Shown one piece after another: positions 13,401 to 27,900 of a stretch of DNA of 64,000 nucleotides. Source of the DNA: Tubulanus polymorphus (Eukaryota; Animalia; Nemertea); contig NC_134025.1 of assembly GCF_964204645.1 (NCBI RefSeq), positions 21,742,299-21,806,298 of the forward strand, in the 5' to 3' direction. The notes under the pieces were generated by a model. It made no database searches. It was given only the letters and a program-made list of their open reading frames with translations, and was not told where the DNA came from. Each line of letters opens with the position of its first letter. Positions within the stretch are counted from its first letter, which is position 1. The translations under genes were made by a program, and so were the position numbers.

Positions 13401-15561
13401 GTATATTCGTATATTCATCTTACACGATATTGTGTAATTATCTCGACGTGTTTTCGTAATGGATTCTGTGTCTGTTGTCAATAATGTACATGATAAACTG
13501 TGAATGGACATATTATCATCTTTAGACAAAAAGGTAGACAAATAGTATTAATCTTAGCGACTCGCATATTGCACCCTAAGATTTACAAATTCTACACCTT
13601 ACCACGATAATCGAAATTCTACAAGATAAGAAAACAACGTCAGACACCCTGCGCATCCTAACCGTATTGAGGAGAGTATTAACGATATCTTAAAAAAAAT
13701 ACCTCGTCAAAAACTTGACGTATAGGGAAAATAAAACAATTCATCAAAATGTGAACTAGTCATTCATTCAATCATTGAGAAGACATTCGTAACATGAACT
13801 TCTGGAATTTATCGTCAACAAAGAATTTGAAGTTTTCTACCATGTATACCAATCTCACTTCAGTGAAAAATAAATGTTTACCGGATATCTTAAAATATAG
13901 ACCTATTGTTCATGGGTAATCTGGTTTTTGGAGAGCCAGGGTCGATTGGCCATGAGGTGTGAGCTTCTAACACGTGTAGGCAACGAAAAAAGAAACATTT
14001 TTCCATGGCCCGAATCAGCCACCCACCATGAACTAAACGCCAGTTTATTGTTCACCACACATTCTTTGAGCGAAAGTGAAGTAATTGATTCGGGTTTTGG
14101 CAATCAAACAAACATCCAGTTCTACGCTGCACCTATTCCCTCTTATTCCAAATATTAGCTCTAGTTATGAATCTAGTTTTTCCATCGCGTCTAGGAATCC
14201 GAAGGCGACTTCGGAAACTGCGCCACCTCTTTGTAGTTGCATCCCTTGTTTCCATTCCGATTCTGCTGTCATCTAACGGCGAATCGACTCGAACGGCCGA
14301 GTCATTGTTGAGGCAGAGCGGCAGACGCGATCAATCGATACATCAGCTATAGCCCGGATGAAACGGTAAGCATTTTTATCCTCTTCATCTCATGTTTCAG
14401 TTATTATCGTAGCTAGCTGTACGTCATGGTTGAGCATTCGATTGAAAAAGTGTTGAGATTGAAAGATCGCAGCCGCATGAGAACCAATCGGACATCGAAA
14501 TGCCACAGAGACAATGGTTGAATACAGCATATAACTGTAATCAGTTACTTATTCAATTCTTTTTGGAACATTGCGTATATTAATGTTTGAAAAATAATTC
14601 AATTACTCGTTATGAATATTGAAAATTCATAACATGTTGAAGAAAATGTAAATTTACGACGAATGTATCAGTGACTATGATCACCAGACAAGGGAAAGCT
14701 ATCGATACAATCTAACCGAGAGGGTCGGCGCTTGTTGGCGAGATTTCTCTGAAAGAAAACGGGCAGGAATTGTCATTCAGTCCGACTTAAGAAGGATTTG
14801 GAGTTCGATTTATTTCAGCTTAAAACCTTACACTAATAAAGTAAGGCTCTAAGCCGAAATATTTACACTAAATGGCGATGACTTCAGAACGCGACGTGTA
14901 AATAGAGTACACAACTCACAAGCCGTTTTAATGCTGATGATGTCCGTAACCATGGTTACGACGTATCCCGTGACGTTATCCGCGCAAATTGTATGCACGT
15001 TAGAACAACGTCTGACTTCAATTCAATCGGCATCGCTCTCGTGTAGCCGCGAGTAACTATTATCAGAAATATAAGCGAGGGACACGATATTAAATAGTCA
15101 TAAGCGATAAAGAGGAGTTCAGATATTTCCATGCCAGAGAAACCCACCCATTCAATATTACGAGGATGAACTGAAGTCCGTACAAAATGAAACGAGGTGG
15201 CCACCTTATCCCACCCCACCCCCCCCCCCCGTTTACAAATTCCCTGCCCTGAATCTTTAAGGTGAATGGAGAATTGTTTGGTTTAAAATATTACAATTCA
15301 TTCGATCTTCATAAGTCACATATTGATAAATTAATGTCTTTTGAATATCCAAATTCCAATGCATATTCCATTTGCAATTCCCAGAGTTTCCCAGAGGTTT
15401 TTGCAAAAAAATTGTCAAATTCCGTCAAATTTTTCCCAGATCTGTTCTGATTCCCGAGTTTTCCAGGTTTTACAGGTCAATGGCCACCCGATGAAATACG
15501 AAGTACTAACTGAACGAAGTCAAAATCTAACTGCCCCTTTCACTTCTTACTTTGATCACAG

Positions 15562-18067
15562 ATGTGCATTCCGGGCGATAAGGGTTTCTATGTCGGAGTA
15601 TTCGTGACCATACTACTAGCTACTTTGTGCATGGGACATTCCGGACACCACACTCGACGCCAAAGAGGTGAATCGTCGCAAGATAGAGATAACAAATTTC
15701 ATGACCCGAAAGTTATCAGAGATAAAGAGTAAGTCCGTTTTTTAAACGCTTTTCGAGCAAATTTGTGAATAGTCTAAAATCAAAGCCGTTTTTTGCCGCA
15801 CATTCATTTCTATCGAAAACAAGCTACCCCGGTAATGGGAATCTTTTTCTGAGCTGTTCGCGAGTACTTATTCAACTGTACTTTTCAGGCATATCCAAGA
15901 ACACTACGATGGCAAAGCAGCCGTAAATACCAGCGAAATGACGGACGAAGAATTAGAATTTCATTACTTTAAGTAAGATTTAAATTTGAAAAGTGTCGAG
16001 TGATTACCGAACCAGGTATCCTAAAATCACTGGTACGCGTCACCGCCAGACAACGTTGACTTTTTCGTCCGAATTCCGTCCAAATCCCACTCAACCGAAT
16101 TCTATCCATCCTCTGCAGTTATATCGTTTGCTATACGGATTCCATCTGCCAAATAATTTTCCAATGGTCTGTCTAAAATTCTGATTGAGGAACCTTTGAC
16201 ATTAGAAACCTATAATATGAATTTCAAAACCTTTTATTGTTTTTTGAATGAAAATTTTCCAAAAGGACTCCGAAGATGGGTGGAAGGATACCATCCGAAA
16301 CGTTGAAAAAATTATGATAACATTTGTTTCAATTCGATATTGTGGGTTTCTCTCAATCATATTCATCAAGATTGGAAATAGCGTCAACTATTTACAACCC
16401 CTTGACGTGGTTGAATTATCCATTTTCAAAATTTCAAACAAAATCGGTTAATTTTGGTTAATTCAGGGCTGACAAGCTCTGAAAAGTGATATCAGTAACA
16501 AACTGAATTTTTTCAGTAACATTTCATTGAAATATGAAAGATTAATCAGTAATCAACAGTAAGATCCGCAGTAACACCTTTCATATTTGGAACGCATCAA
16601 AACAATCAAATAATAAGTATTTCTCGGGATAAAATAGTAACAAATACTGAAAATCAGGAACAGTTGATGACAGCTCCTGTTTATTGAACTTAAACCATAG
16701 TTCAGTTAGTTCATTGAACTTAAACCATAAATCATACTTCTGAACGCATCAAAACAGTCAAATAATAAGTATTTCTCAGGGAAAAAATAGTAACAAATAC
16801 TAGAAATTAGGAACAGTTGATGGCAGCTCCTGTTTATTCAAAACTCATTGAACTTAACCCTTTCAGTGCGTCTACTCCGCAGTGCGGTGTATAAATCGGT
16901 GATGAATTTTGCTAGTACACCGCACTGCGATGTATTGATGTCATTAGTAATTAGTCTTTATCTCTATTGAATATGGCAGCACCTGTCAAACATAGTGAAA
17001 TATCAGTAACTAACGATACACTGCACCACGGTGTAGACGCACTATAGTGGTATTCCCATTATTCAACACACTAGTGGAATTTTTCAAAATTTTCAAATTA
17101 TCTCCAGCACTATAGGGTATTAATTAGTCAGCACTGAAAGAGTTAAAACCAAAAGGCTAGAAATTGGTAACAAAAGACTAGTACAAAGTGAACACATTCT
17201 GCTGAACTTCTATCAAACAAATACAAAATAATTTTCTTTCAGACTACATGACTTGGATAACAATACTAAACTGGATGGCTTAGAGATTCTGCACGCTATC
17301 AGTCACATGCTTCCCTACGACGAGGAGGTCGGGGCTAAGAAACCGGATCTGAAGGGCAAAACCGCCGAAGAAGTTCAAAAACTAATGGAAGAGCATAAAG
17401 AACAAGAACTCAAGTATTACACAGGTCGGTAATGTCCATCGGTAAACAAATTTGATTACAGGACAAACAAGACGAAGGCTTATATAGCCCGTCTCAGTAT
17501 CGCCTAAAACATTCAAATATAAACAAGTCATTTCCTTTGGAACTTTAAACGAAGCGAAAACATTTTCAAATATGCATGCATACATATTGCGATGTGACAC
17601 TTTTGTTGAATATACAGTAGAACTTGCTTAATTCCGATTTTTCAATCCGGATTTTCGTTTAATTCGCCTGATTCATTTGGTCCGTTTAACCTTGAACCAT
17701 GTAAACTATAGTTCATAATTTGGATTTTAAAACTAAGGACAAAACGGGGCTTTTCTAAGCCAAATTAATCAGAGCCGAATTGGTTTCTTGCTTTTTGAAA
17801 TCTTAGCAAAAAAAATTCCGGACCTTTCTCGGAGGGCGCATTCGAATTTTGGAGGGGGTAAACCAATCAACCCCTAAATCTGCCCTGGATTCCTACATCC
17901 GACGATCATTCCGAAGAATTCTTAAATATCCTTTTACAGATATCATAGACCGGGTATTAGAAGACGATGACATCGACAACGATGGTTACTTAACCTATTT
18001 GGAATATGTATTAGCGCGCAGGCGCGACGAAGCTCAACATCAAAAGGCGGAGCAGGGCAAACAATAA
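15562..18067 (+). CDS. MCFD2: MCFD2-like secreted two-EF-hand protein, 186 aa; exons 15562-15728, 15889-15972, 17243-17424, 17940-18067
   Basis: GT-AG exons splice in frame; hydrophobic signal peptide; motifs [30 protein letters not shown] and DDIDNDGYLTYLEY. Orthology versus paralogy is not resolved. Confidence 0.85.
16858..17142. mobile_element. piggyBac-type MITE (TTAA TSD, CCCTTTCAGTGC TIR)
   Basis: ttaa|ccctttcagtgc...gcactgaaagag|ttaa; further copies at ~25137-25384 and 40245-40463. Confidence 0.8.
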
Positions 18068-18953
18068 TAACGAAATATTCTCTGTTTTTTTTCGAATTTC
18101 ATGAATGTATGTATATTTTTGTAAAACCACTCCATCGTGTCTGTACAATAATAAGGTCAGTATTTTCTAATAAATGTATGTATATATACATGCATACGAA
18201 TACAGCATAACAGCACATTATATTGTAGCGCTTTTACAAAACGAAATTACTTACGTTGCCATTTGTAAAGAACTCTCTGTCTCTCTCAATACAGAATTTT
18301 TAACAAAATAATTTCAAAGTATATGTACAGCTTAAACGATTTTGGAGCCTTTTGACCATAAACAGTCAACCCCCCAATATGCCAACCCCACCCCCCAATC
18401 AAAAGCGCCAACCCCCCTAAGGCCAGGTTTTTTATTAGGATGGATCGTCTGTATTTTGTCTTGGAACTATTCAAAATGAACCCTTAAAATACTGTTGTAC
18501 TCTCTATATCCTTAAAATCCTCAATCACCGACGTGGGCACTAAATCGAGGGTTGACTGTAAATTAAAACAAATACAGCAGAATCGGCTCAAGTAGAATCT
18601 GACACCCAACTCCAATATTTCGAAAATATTTTTCGGACCCAATATACAAAATGCAAACTATCGAACTAAAATATCGCTCGCTATGAATAATATCGTAATG
18701 GTTCATAAAGAACCAATTTGAGCCTTAAGAAATCTGATGTACCATACAGTTATAACAAATGTATTCCCAGCTCCCCTAACGACCTTATACGCACGAAAGT
18801 GGCCAGGACGAGCGGATCAGATGGTATCCGTGGAATGTAGGTAACAGCCTTCAGAGTGAAAGTTAGCGACTTTCGATTACCGATACTAGCCGAGCACGCG
18901 AGGCACGAGATAAAGCGCAAAACATTCGAAATATTCGCGACAACGATTTTCCA

Positions 18954-21900
18954 TCATCGTAGTTTTACCGTGTTGTCGCCGACGTACTGCAAAAAATCCG
19001 TCCTCAGTAAATCCGATGATTTCGCCTCTTCATCCGTCACCCAGCGCCAACAAAAACGACTTTGCTTACCATCCCTGTAAAAAAAAAAACATTGACTTAT
19101 CAATATTTTCCCTACATTGGGCCGGTATCATTCATAGTATCAAATTTACTGTATATTTTCATCAAATGTACAGTCGAGCACACTTGGGTTGGATTTATAA
19201 TGCCAAATTTCTGCATAACCATATGAACCATTTTCTATACGGTGCTTGCAATGTTATATTCGTCCACTAAGTCAGATTTGCAGACACTCGGACAAAAATC
19301 CTTCTTCCAAACAGATACGACCTACTTGAACAGGCTTTTTAATATATATTGCATTAACTAACGACAGGGTGGACACTCTCGACCCGTTTACAAATCCCCC
19401 CCGCCCCCCCCCCCCCAGTTCTCCCTGATTTCTCCATGCGATTACACAAAATTCCCAGAGTGAATGAATCATCAGAGAAATTTCTTGAGGTTTGAAATGT
19501 TAAGATTCATTCACTTATCATTGAATCACGTACTGAAACACGTGGTTGCTAGAATTATCCGAATTTCAGATTTTTGGTAAAATTTGTCGAATTCCCGAGT
19601 TTCCCTGACTTTTTCTAGACGTTTCGGCCCCACTCCGCGCGGTGGCGCCACCCCGCCAGCAGCAGAACACAAACACGGCCATTCTCTCAATTTTCAATGA
19701 TAGAAATCGTGTGTGTATTTCAATTATTTCGGCTGTTAGGGTTTTAAGGCACAATATAAGTTGATGATGTGATATGGCGATGTTAATTAATGATAATTCC
19801 GCAGTGAAGCTGAACGGTGCCGATTGAGTGTACAGCTGCCGAAAACACTGAAATGTGCGTAGTTGAGTAACTATTTGCAGTGAATTGCAGACGAAACATG
19901 AAGCCTTAACGGCCGTTTAAAAAAAAATTATACCAATCGCAATTGTAAAATAAAAATGAGATAGAACCTAAGTTAAAATTCTGGCCATTTCTAAAATGTT
20001 ATTGATTATTATTACTAATTTTTAGTCAGTGCGGAACGTTTAGTTTTCCAACAATAATGAGGGGTGGTAGGTAGTCATGCGATTCAAGTCATCATTTATT
20101 ACGCGTTACTTCCGTGTTGTTGAAAATCTCGCGAGTCCTGGACTAAACCCCAATGAACAATGTGATCTGTGTGCTGGCCACCAAAATGCACACAGATCAC
20201 ACTACACTACCCATTACACACTCCAGTACCCACAGCTTTCATATATCCTTCCAAATATTTAGTGGCTTTCTTCCTGGATTTTCCCCGATTCCCTGAGTTT
20301 TCCAGGCCAGTGGCCACCCTGTACCAATATCCACAAAGGTATCTTCAGCGACTGTTGTTCCGGTACCTACTTGTAAGAAGCAATACAGTCCTGTGGAGTT
20401 TCTTCCGTAGACTGGTGTGTTTTTTCGTTGTAGAAATATTTACGTAATCTCGACCTGCTCATTTGCATATGCCACGGAGCTTAAAACGGAAAGAAACAAA
20501 AACATGATTCACACTAGGTCATTTAGAACGTTCTAGATTAAGTCAGTTCCAATCTAAAACGGACTAAGCGTTCACACTAGTGAAAATTCTGATTAGTCCA
20601 TTTTTTGAATGGACAATTTAGACCAACCAAAGATGGGTCCGATCTAAACTTCAGAACGGACCATTTTTCTGTGTGTGAATAGAAGTTTTGCTTTGATTAT
20701 CGCCTGTCAATCATTGCATTGCAACTAGCAGGACCAGCTGTGAATGCACAATCTGGTTTGCCCATTCTAAATTGGTCTGTTCCAGGTGTGTTGACCAAAT
20801 TAGAATGGACTAACTAGCTACAGTGTGAACAAAGCTTTAACCTAGTCATAATATTAACTCAAAATTGACAAGTGCGTCTATCAACACAAACCTTTGACTG
20901 TTCCGATAAGAAGAATACTCTGAGGTAAATAATGCCGTCCCGTCAAGCTAATGTAGCACTCGCGAGGTAAATGGCCACGACCTTTCACAATTTTATTTGC
21001 AACACTGAAATTTATTCAAAAATTTTTCGATGAAAACATCGCCACAACTAATGCGGTCTGAAATGCTCGACAATTTTGAGAATTTCAATATTCAATGCCC
21101 CCTGGCGAACATACATTACCTATGACAAAGCTAACAATTATCAAATATCATCACTATAAATTAAGTTGAAATTTTCCTCAAAATCCGTTCTCCAGATATC
21201 AACAAGAACTGATCACACTTAGATCATCACTGACTGCATAACAATCAACTGATCCAAAACCCTGTCCAATATGTTAAAAGATCTCTTCCCATCACAGTAT
21301 ACCCATCACAAATTCCAAAATAAAATGGCAAACCATGAAGAAGCTGGAAGCCTAAGAATTCAGACCAACAATGCACACTTGAGGAACGAAAAAGGTCACA
21401 AGGTCACTATATTGTTTCCGATCAACCCAATTTTCTTGTGGGGATAGGCCCTAGGGGGGACACGAACGGAGTAATAATCAAGAAAATTGATGGAAGCTTC
21501 TTCAAAAAAACTTAACTAAACATTAAAATAGGCAATTTTGCAAACCAACTACGGCCATAAATCAGTCATCTTGATTCCAATGAGGCCAATTTTTGGGCTG
21601 CAGATGCGTCTAGAGTAGGTACTTATAGGTATATAAACCAAATATCGAAACCATACGCATATCAAAGTGCATCAAAAATGTCTCAAGAAAACAAGATTCT
21701 GTTAACAAACAGATGGACAAAAGTGAACTTAGGACAAATGTGACCCCAGTGGACTAAAAGCTAATTTCAAAGGAACGCTCGACAATATAATATCTATATA
21801 AATTCAATATCACTCACATGAATTCAATATCATGAGTGATAGCCTTATTAATTGAGGATATCCCTGAATTTGGACGCAGTTTAAGTCCAAATAAATCCAA

Positions 21901-24900
21901 CTTAAACAGAGTTTTCAATGTAGGCCTACGTATATTAGATGAATTTTTCGAAAAAATTTACCGATCAAATATTTTCGCAGCATCTTCCAGTCGGTACACA
22001 TCTTTACACCGTAGGGGAGCCAGGTCGGGTCGGCTGGCCTTGTTTACAGCTTTAATGAACTTTTGGATCTTCTCGATTCTAGAATTCAAGCAGTATGAAC
22101 ATAGAGAAACCGTTGTTACTGTGGTATATATTGCTAAGGCAGATCAGGGAAAATTAAATGCACCATTGGGTATACCTGGCTGTAAAATGCAAGTGACGTA
22201 AATCTTCACCAAACAGAACCAAAGCATCCAATACATGAATGCATGAGACTTTCTTTTGTCCTTTACCCTGAATGTGAAATAGAAAATTTAATCTTTAAAG
22301 CTTGTAAACATTGTAGGCCCTGAGTACTAACTAGGGGTCCAGGGACACCATGCCCACTTGGGAAGTGGTTTCAAATGCTCAACAATCTAACAATTTCAAT
22401 ATTCAACGCCCTCTGGTGACCATATACAAAAACCAATGACATTGAAACTCAATACAATCATAAAACATGTCAGCAGCTACGATTTTGTAATTGATTGTGA
22501 TAACAAAAAATGCCTCGTTACCAATTTAATATGGAAATACTAAGTTATTCTACTATTCAACGCCCCCTGGTGACGATATTCAAAACCCAATAACCTTGTA
22601 ACTCACCATATTCATAGAACATGTCATGAACTACAACTTTGCAATTGATCATGGTAACAAAATATGCCTAGGTACCAATATAATAAGGAAATACCAGGTT
22701 ATTCTACTATTCAACGCCCCCTGGTGACCATATAGAATAACTTATTTCCTTAAAACTCACCACAATCATAGATGATGTCATGAGCCACAACTTTGCAATT
22801 GATTGCGGTAACAAAATATGTATTGGTACGAATATAATATAGAAATACTAAGATATTGTATTATTCAACGCCCCCTGGTGGCCATATACAAAAAACAATG
22901 AACTTGAAACTCACCCCAATCATAGAACATGTTATACGCTACAACTTTCTAATTCATTGTTGTAACAAAATATGCTTAGGTATCAATATAATGTTGAAAA
23001 ACTTTTTCCCACCTACGAATGAGTACTAATGACACCAAGATGGCCGCCAATTGCGTCATAATTGGCGGATCAAAAATACCTGTCTCAGGTATAAAACATC
23101 CCTTTACAAAGAATACCCATCACAAATTGCAATGAGAAATGGCAAACCAGTAGGAAGCTGCAGGACCTAGAATTCTGGCCAAAATTGACATTTTTGGGCA
23201 CTAAAAAGGTCATAGGACGGCCATCTTGAGTCATATGGACCCAATTTTTCTTATGCTGATGGGCCCTTGGTAGATTCAAATATAATCGAAAGATCAATGT
23301 TGATCAATTGATCAAAGCGTCTTCAAAATTTCCCTCGTAAACTTCGAAAATGTGTAAAAAGTGCTGATTTTGGCGAACAACAATGGCTGCCAGTCGGCCA
23401 TCTTGATTCTGACAGGGCCATTTTTTGGGCTGAAGATGTGTCTAGGGTAGATGCATGTATAACCAAATATCAATACATTACCTTGAAGCGTCTTCAAAAC
23501 TTCCCAAAATAACTGGATTCCGTCTACGAACGGACGGACGGACCACGGACGAAAAGTGAACGCAATAGCCCGCTGGGACTAAGTCCCAAGTGGGCTAAAA
23601 AGGTAACAGGGCCAAAAGTATTTCATAATGATGCTGTGTCCATACTAGGAATTTCAAAACCCAAGATGACCACGCACGTGAGAAGTTCAAATTGGGGTTT
23701 GAAATCAAAGTTGTTACACCATCAAACGCAATAATTTGTTGAGCTAAATCTGAGACGAAATATGCCCGGGTTAGAGAGTAACGTCGATTATTAGGTGCAA
23801 TGTGTTGCAATGGTAGATGCTACATGCCATCTAGTTTGATGGCATCCTTCATGTCAAAGCCCTGCTTCACTTCCAGCAGGTGTGGTGGGTTTGCAAGGGA
23901 CACCGAATCAAAACGAATCCGACAAAATCTTCCAACCAAATAAATGACAGGGATAATCCCTATTTTAAGATCAACATTATTGAATATGATAGCATCGCAC
24001 CTTTTTCGAAAAAAACCTCGGGTAAAATAACCCAAGTCGAAAAGTCATGGTCTGCATACCTCTCCAAACAGTTCCTGAACGATTTCCACTTCTAGGAGCG
24101 TGTCGCGGGGAATCTCTAACTTGACGTCATCGAATTTCATCCATTTGCTTCCGGGGACACCATTCCATCGGAACACATATGAACGCTGAATTTCCATTTA
24201 AGAAAAAAAAAACATTTTTTACTCGTTCAATTTTAATCATCCATCATATCCAACAACTTTTTCAAAAGGTCATCAATATCATCCTCCCTTGAACCTGATG
24301 GCGGTATCACGAGAATACCCCCGTATCAAGAAATCAAGTCATGGACAGGGTTCAGCGCTGAAGGGTTTTAAAAGAAAACTCTACTTACGCCCATGCCTAG
24401 AAAATAAGATATATTCTCAGAGCCACAAACTACACATCTATAATCGTAGACACTCTTGATTTTTTTCAAACAACCGGTCGTCAGTATTTCGGCGGGTTCG
24501 GACATGTATCGATGGTTCACTTCATCCTACAGGCGAATGCACATATAAGTGTTCACCTCCAAGTAAATTCTAGCACCAAAGTACGATAAACTACGGCAAG
24601 CCATTGCGGCCATAAGATTTTATTTTTCTAAGTTGAAATTCAAAATTCGAAAATTTCGACTTCCTTGCTCAAAATTTTGACAAACTCATAATTTTTGACT
24701 TAGTAAGTCGAAATTCTTTTTAAACTCAAAATTTAGATTTTATAAAATTTTGTGTTAAGAAGTTGAAATTTAAACTTAGAAAAAAAAACATGGCCGCAAT
24801 GCTCTTAATAAACTAATCGGTCAATTTTACCTTCAGTAACTTCTGAAACTTGGTTTTTGGATCATCTTTGGTTTTTTCAGCTCTCACTTCATCCGGTACC

Positions 24901-27900
24901 TGCAAAAGGAAGCAAAAGACGGTTTGAAAATTTTATGGCTCCATCTTGCGCTACAGCATTTTTGAAAAATCATCACTAACAGTCGAGCTTATTGCATGAG
25001 AAACCTGTCTACAGTACCTTCCACTTTTTGAAACATCTTTGTCTCATATCAGCCTGACGGCCTTCGTATAGATTCCTGAAAAGAAAAGATCGCCATATTG
25101 AAGATTCCAATAGGTGCTTCAGATTTGTATGCTTCACCCTTTCAGCGCATCTACACCGCAGTGCAGTGTATAAATCGGTAATGATTTTTGCTAGTACACC
25201 GCACCATGGTGTATTGATGTAATTAGTTTTATTCTCTAACGAAAGATGGCAGCGCCCGTCAAACATAGTGAAATATTAGTAACTAATGACAGACACGCTA
25301 TAGCAGTATGCATGGGGGTAGAATTTTTTTAAGATTTTCTTATCTCCAACATTTGTGGGTATCAATAAATCAGCTCTGAAAGGGTTTTAAATACAAAAGC
25401 TACAATACATACATAAGTAACTGTACATCGTAGTTTGTGCCGGAGCAAATAAAACTTACGGATTTTGAGCGAACGCTTGTATTTTCTGGAGATTCGTTGC
25501 TTGAATGATACCAAGCCTAAAAGGCAAGAATTAAAACAGTACTGGTAATAGCATTATGAAACATATCTGCTAAACATGCACGATCAATGTTGGAAGATTC
25601 GATTGATGGAACTAGTAAGCAGTGGCCAGGCATTGTCTGGGAAGCTGTTATTAGTCTGCAATTATTCTTAATATGGAACAATGAGCATCAAGGATGTTGT
25701 GAGTTCGGTCAATCTGTGTCATTCCAATTGCCAGATTATGTTAATGTTCAACGGTGAATAAGAGGATCAGCCATGAGTTAACTGGAAGTGGGAATGATGG
25801 AGGAACTAGGAGATACCCTACAGTTGGCAGGTTGTTGTGTTGAAGGTTGAGTGTGAAAGCAGCCGCTGCCTTTCAACCATAGTAGATTCGACCATTAGGT
25901 ACAGGGCCGTCGGAACAGGGGCAGCCAAAGCCGCCCCACTTTTTTGCTTAACAAAAATTTTTTTCAAAAGCACGCTGTACCGCGTAGCAGCTCGTCGTTC
26001 TCTGTACTAGGTGGTTGGCTCACGACTTCTCATGCTTCTGTGAATGAGACCGTGCAATGGCCCCAAAACGCATCTCCGGCGATTGAATTTTCAAAATTTT
26101 TCTAGGGGAGGGCCCCAGACCACCCTTCAGAAATAAGCCTCGCCACTGAAAAATTCCTTCCGACGGCTCTGAAGTACAAAAAAAAAACTTTCATGAACCG
26201 CCGATTTAAAGCTCAATTTTTGAGAATTTTATCAATTTTTCAAAACAGTGTAAAATGGATATAAAAACGATGATTTATCTGGACTGCACAACCCTAATGA
26301 TTCGATTAAGACCTATTTGAGGTATGCACACCCAAAATTAAGTGAAATATCCCAAAAAGATCGTGGACAATAGAAAATGAATAGACTTTAGTATAAATAC
26401 AAGACTTACTCTTCGTTAGAGTTATTTATATATTCGATGAATGGATGGTCCATTTGCAGTATGTGTAACGGCACAAGCTCTTCGACATCATTTTCAGAAT
26501 GTTTCAAACTGTCCATTGAAATGTTCGCCTCAAACAAATAATCATGCACTCCATCGGCGTCCGGTTTCAACCATTTACATACGATATACCTACAAACGAA
26601 GATTTTAAAAATATAACTTTCTTCGAAGATTCAGCTTAAACATCTTATAACACAGACATCTGACTCGGTACCGATTTACTAAAATCGATTTCGACAAACA
26701 TTCAAATTCTCTGATTCTTCTGACGTCAATATCGTTGCGAAAGGTTAACAGTCCCAGCGCAACCGAGTAAGATGGAGTCAACTGTATTTAGGGTTTCTAT
26801 CAATATTGTCGACGACACTATAGCTGCTTTTATCTACAAACTTACAAACTTGGTCTGAAGTATTTTCGCATATACCAGAAAATGCTTGTTATCTTAATTT
26901 CCACACCATTTTAAAGAAATGAAATTCAGATATTCGCCAGTGATTCTTGGGTTTTTATCAGAACGTACATTCAATAGATAAGCAGTGGACGCTATGCCAG
27001 TGCGTCACAGTAGTACTGAACATAGACGGATTCGACTATCAAAAAGAAACGTTTTAAGTAGTGTTTACCTTTCGGAGTTCGCTGGACGACTCGTGACTGG
27101 TTTGAATATAGCTACGTGCTCAAATATGAGATACATCAGATATATCAAACCAACACTGAACGAAGTGAATATATCGAATAATTTACACACAAAATGTCCA
27201 CCTGCAAAAATCAAATCATAGCGATTTAGTACAGTGAGATTCACGAGAAAATTTTCAAAAGGCCATTGCAATGATCAGAAAAATTCATCAAAGCAGTACT
27301 CAAAAGGTTAAGATTTTCTTCTAATATAAAACAATCGCATTAGATACTTATTGATAAAGCAAATAAAGTGAAGATAAATACCAGTAATCAAACAATCCAA
27401 TAACCTACCTTCTCTTAATATTGAAAGCGCACATAAAAACTGGCATAGGTAAAGACGTTTTGACAAGATTTCTTGAATATTTTCGTGACCTTCAACAGAA
27501 AATCCCTACAACAAATATCAGATAGAAGCGAATATGAGAACTTTTTGAAGTTGAAAATACGTATCAGATACTAAGAAGAAATTTGGAGATATTTCTTACG
27601 CCGTCTGCCATAACAAAATGAACACCTTTATCATCAGTGTTTTCCATTACAAATTTCCTGAATGCTATCAAATTCGCCGGGTTGTAAATATCACCATCAC
27701 CTTCAACACCTTTAGCACCTTGAAACGAAAAAATAAGAAACCATACTAACAAGGAAACTACTATCAGAATGTACTAAATGAGTGATGACAATCAATCTAA
27801 TAAGTATGAGTCAGTCTTATCAATTCAGGTTTTTGGACTTATTTTGGAGCGACGTGGATAAGCGGTTTGAGCATTCAACTCAGGGATGTGAGGTCACACA

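Noticed and set aside
3240-14370. Isolated exon-like segments on plus (e.g. ~5038-5171, donors near 13079 and 14365)
   Set aside because: No coding frame links them; they may be 5' UTR exons of the MCFD2-like gene, but this cannot be supported without transcripts
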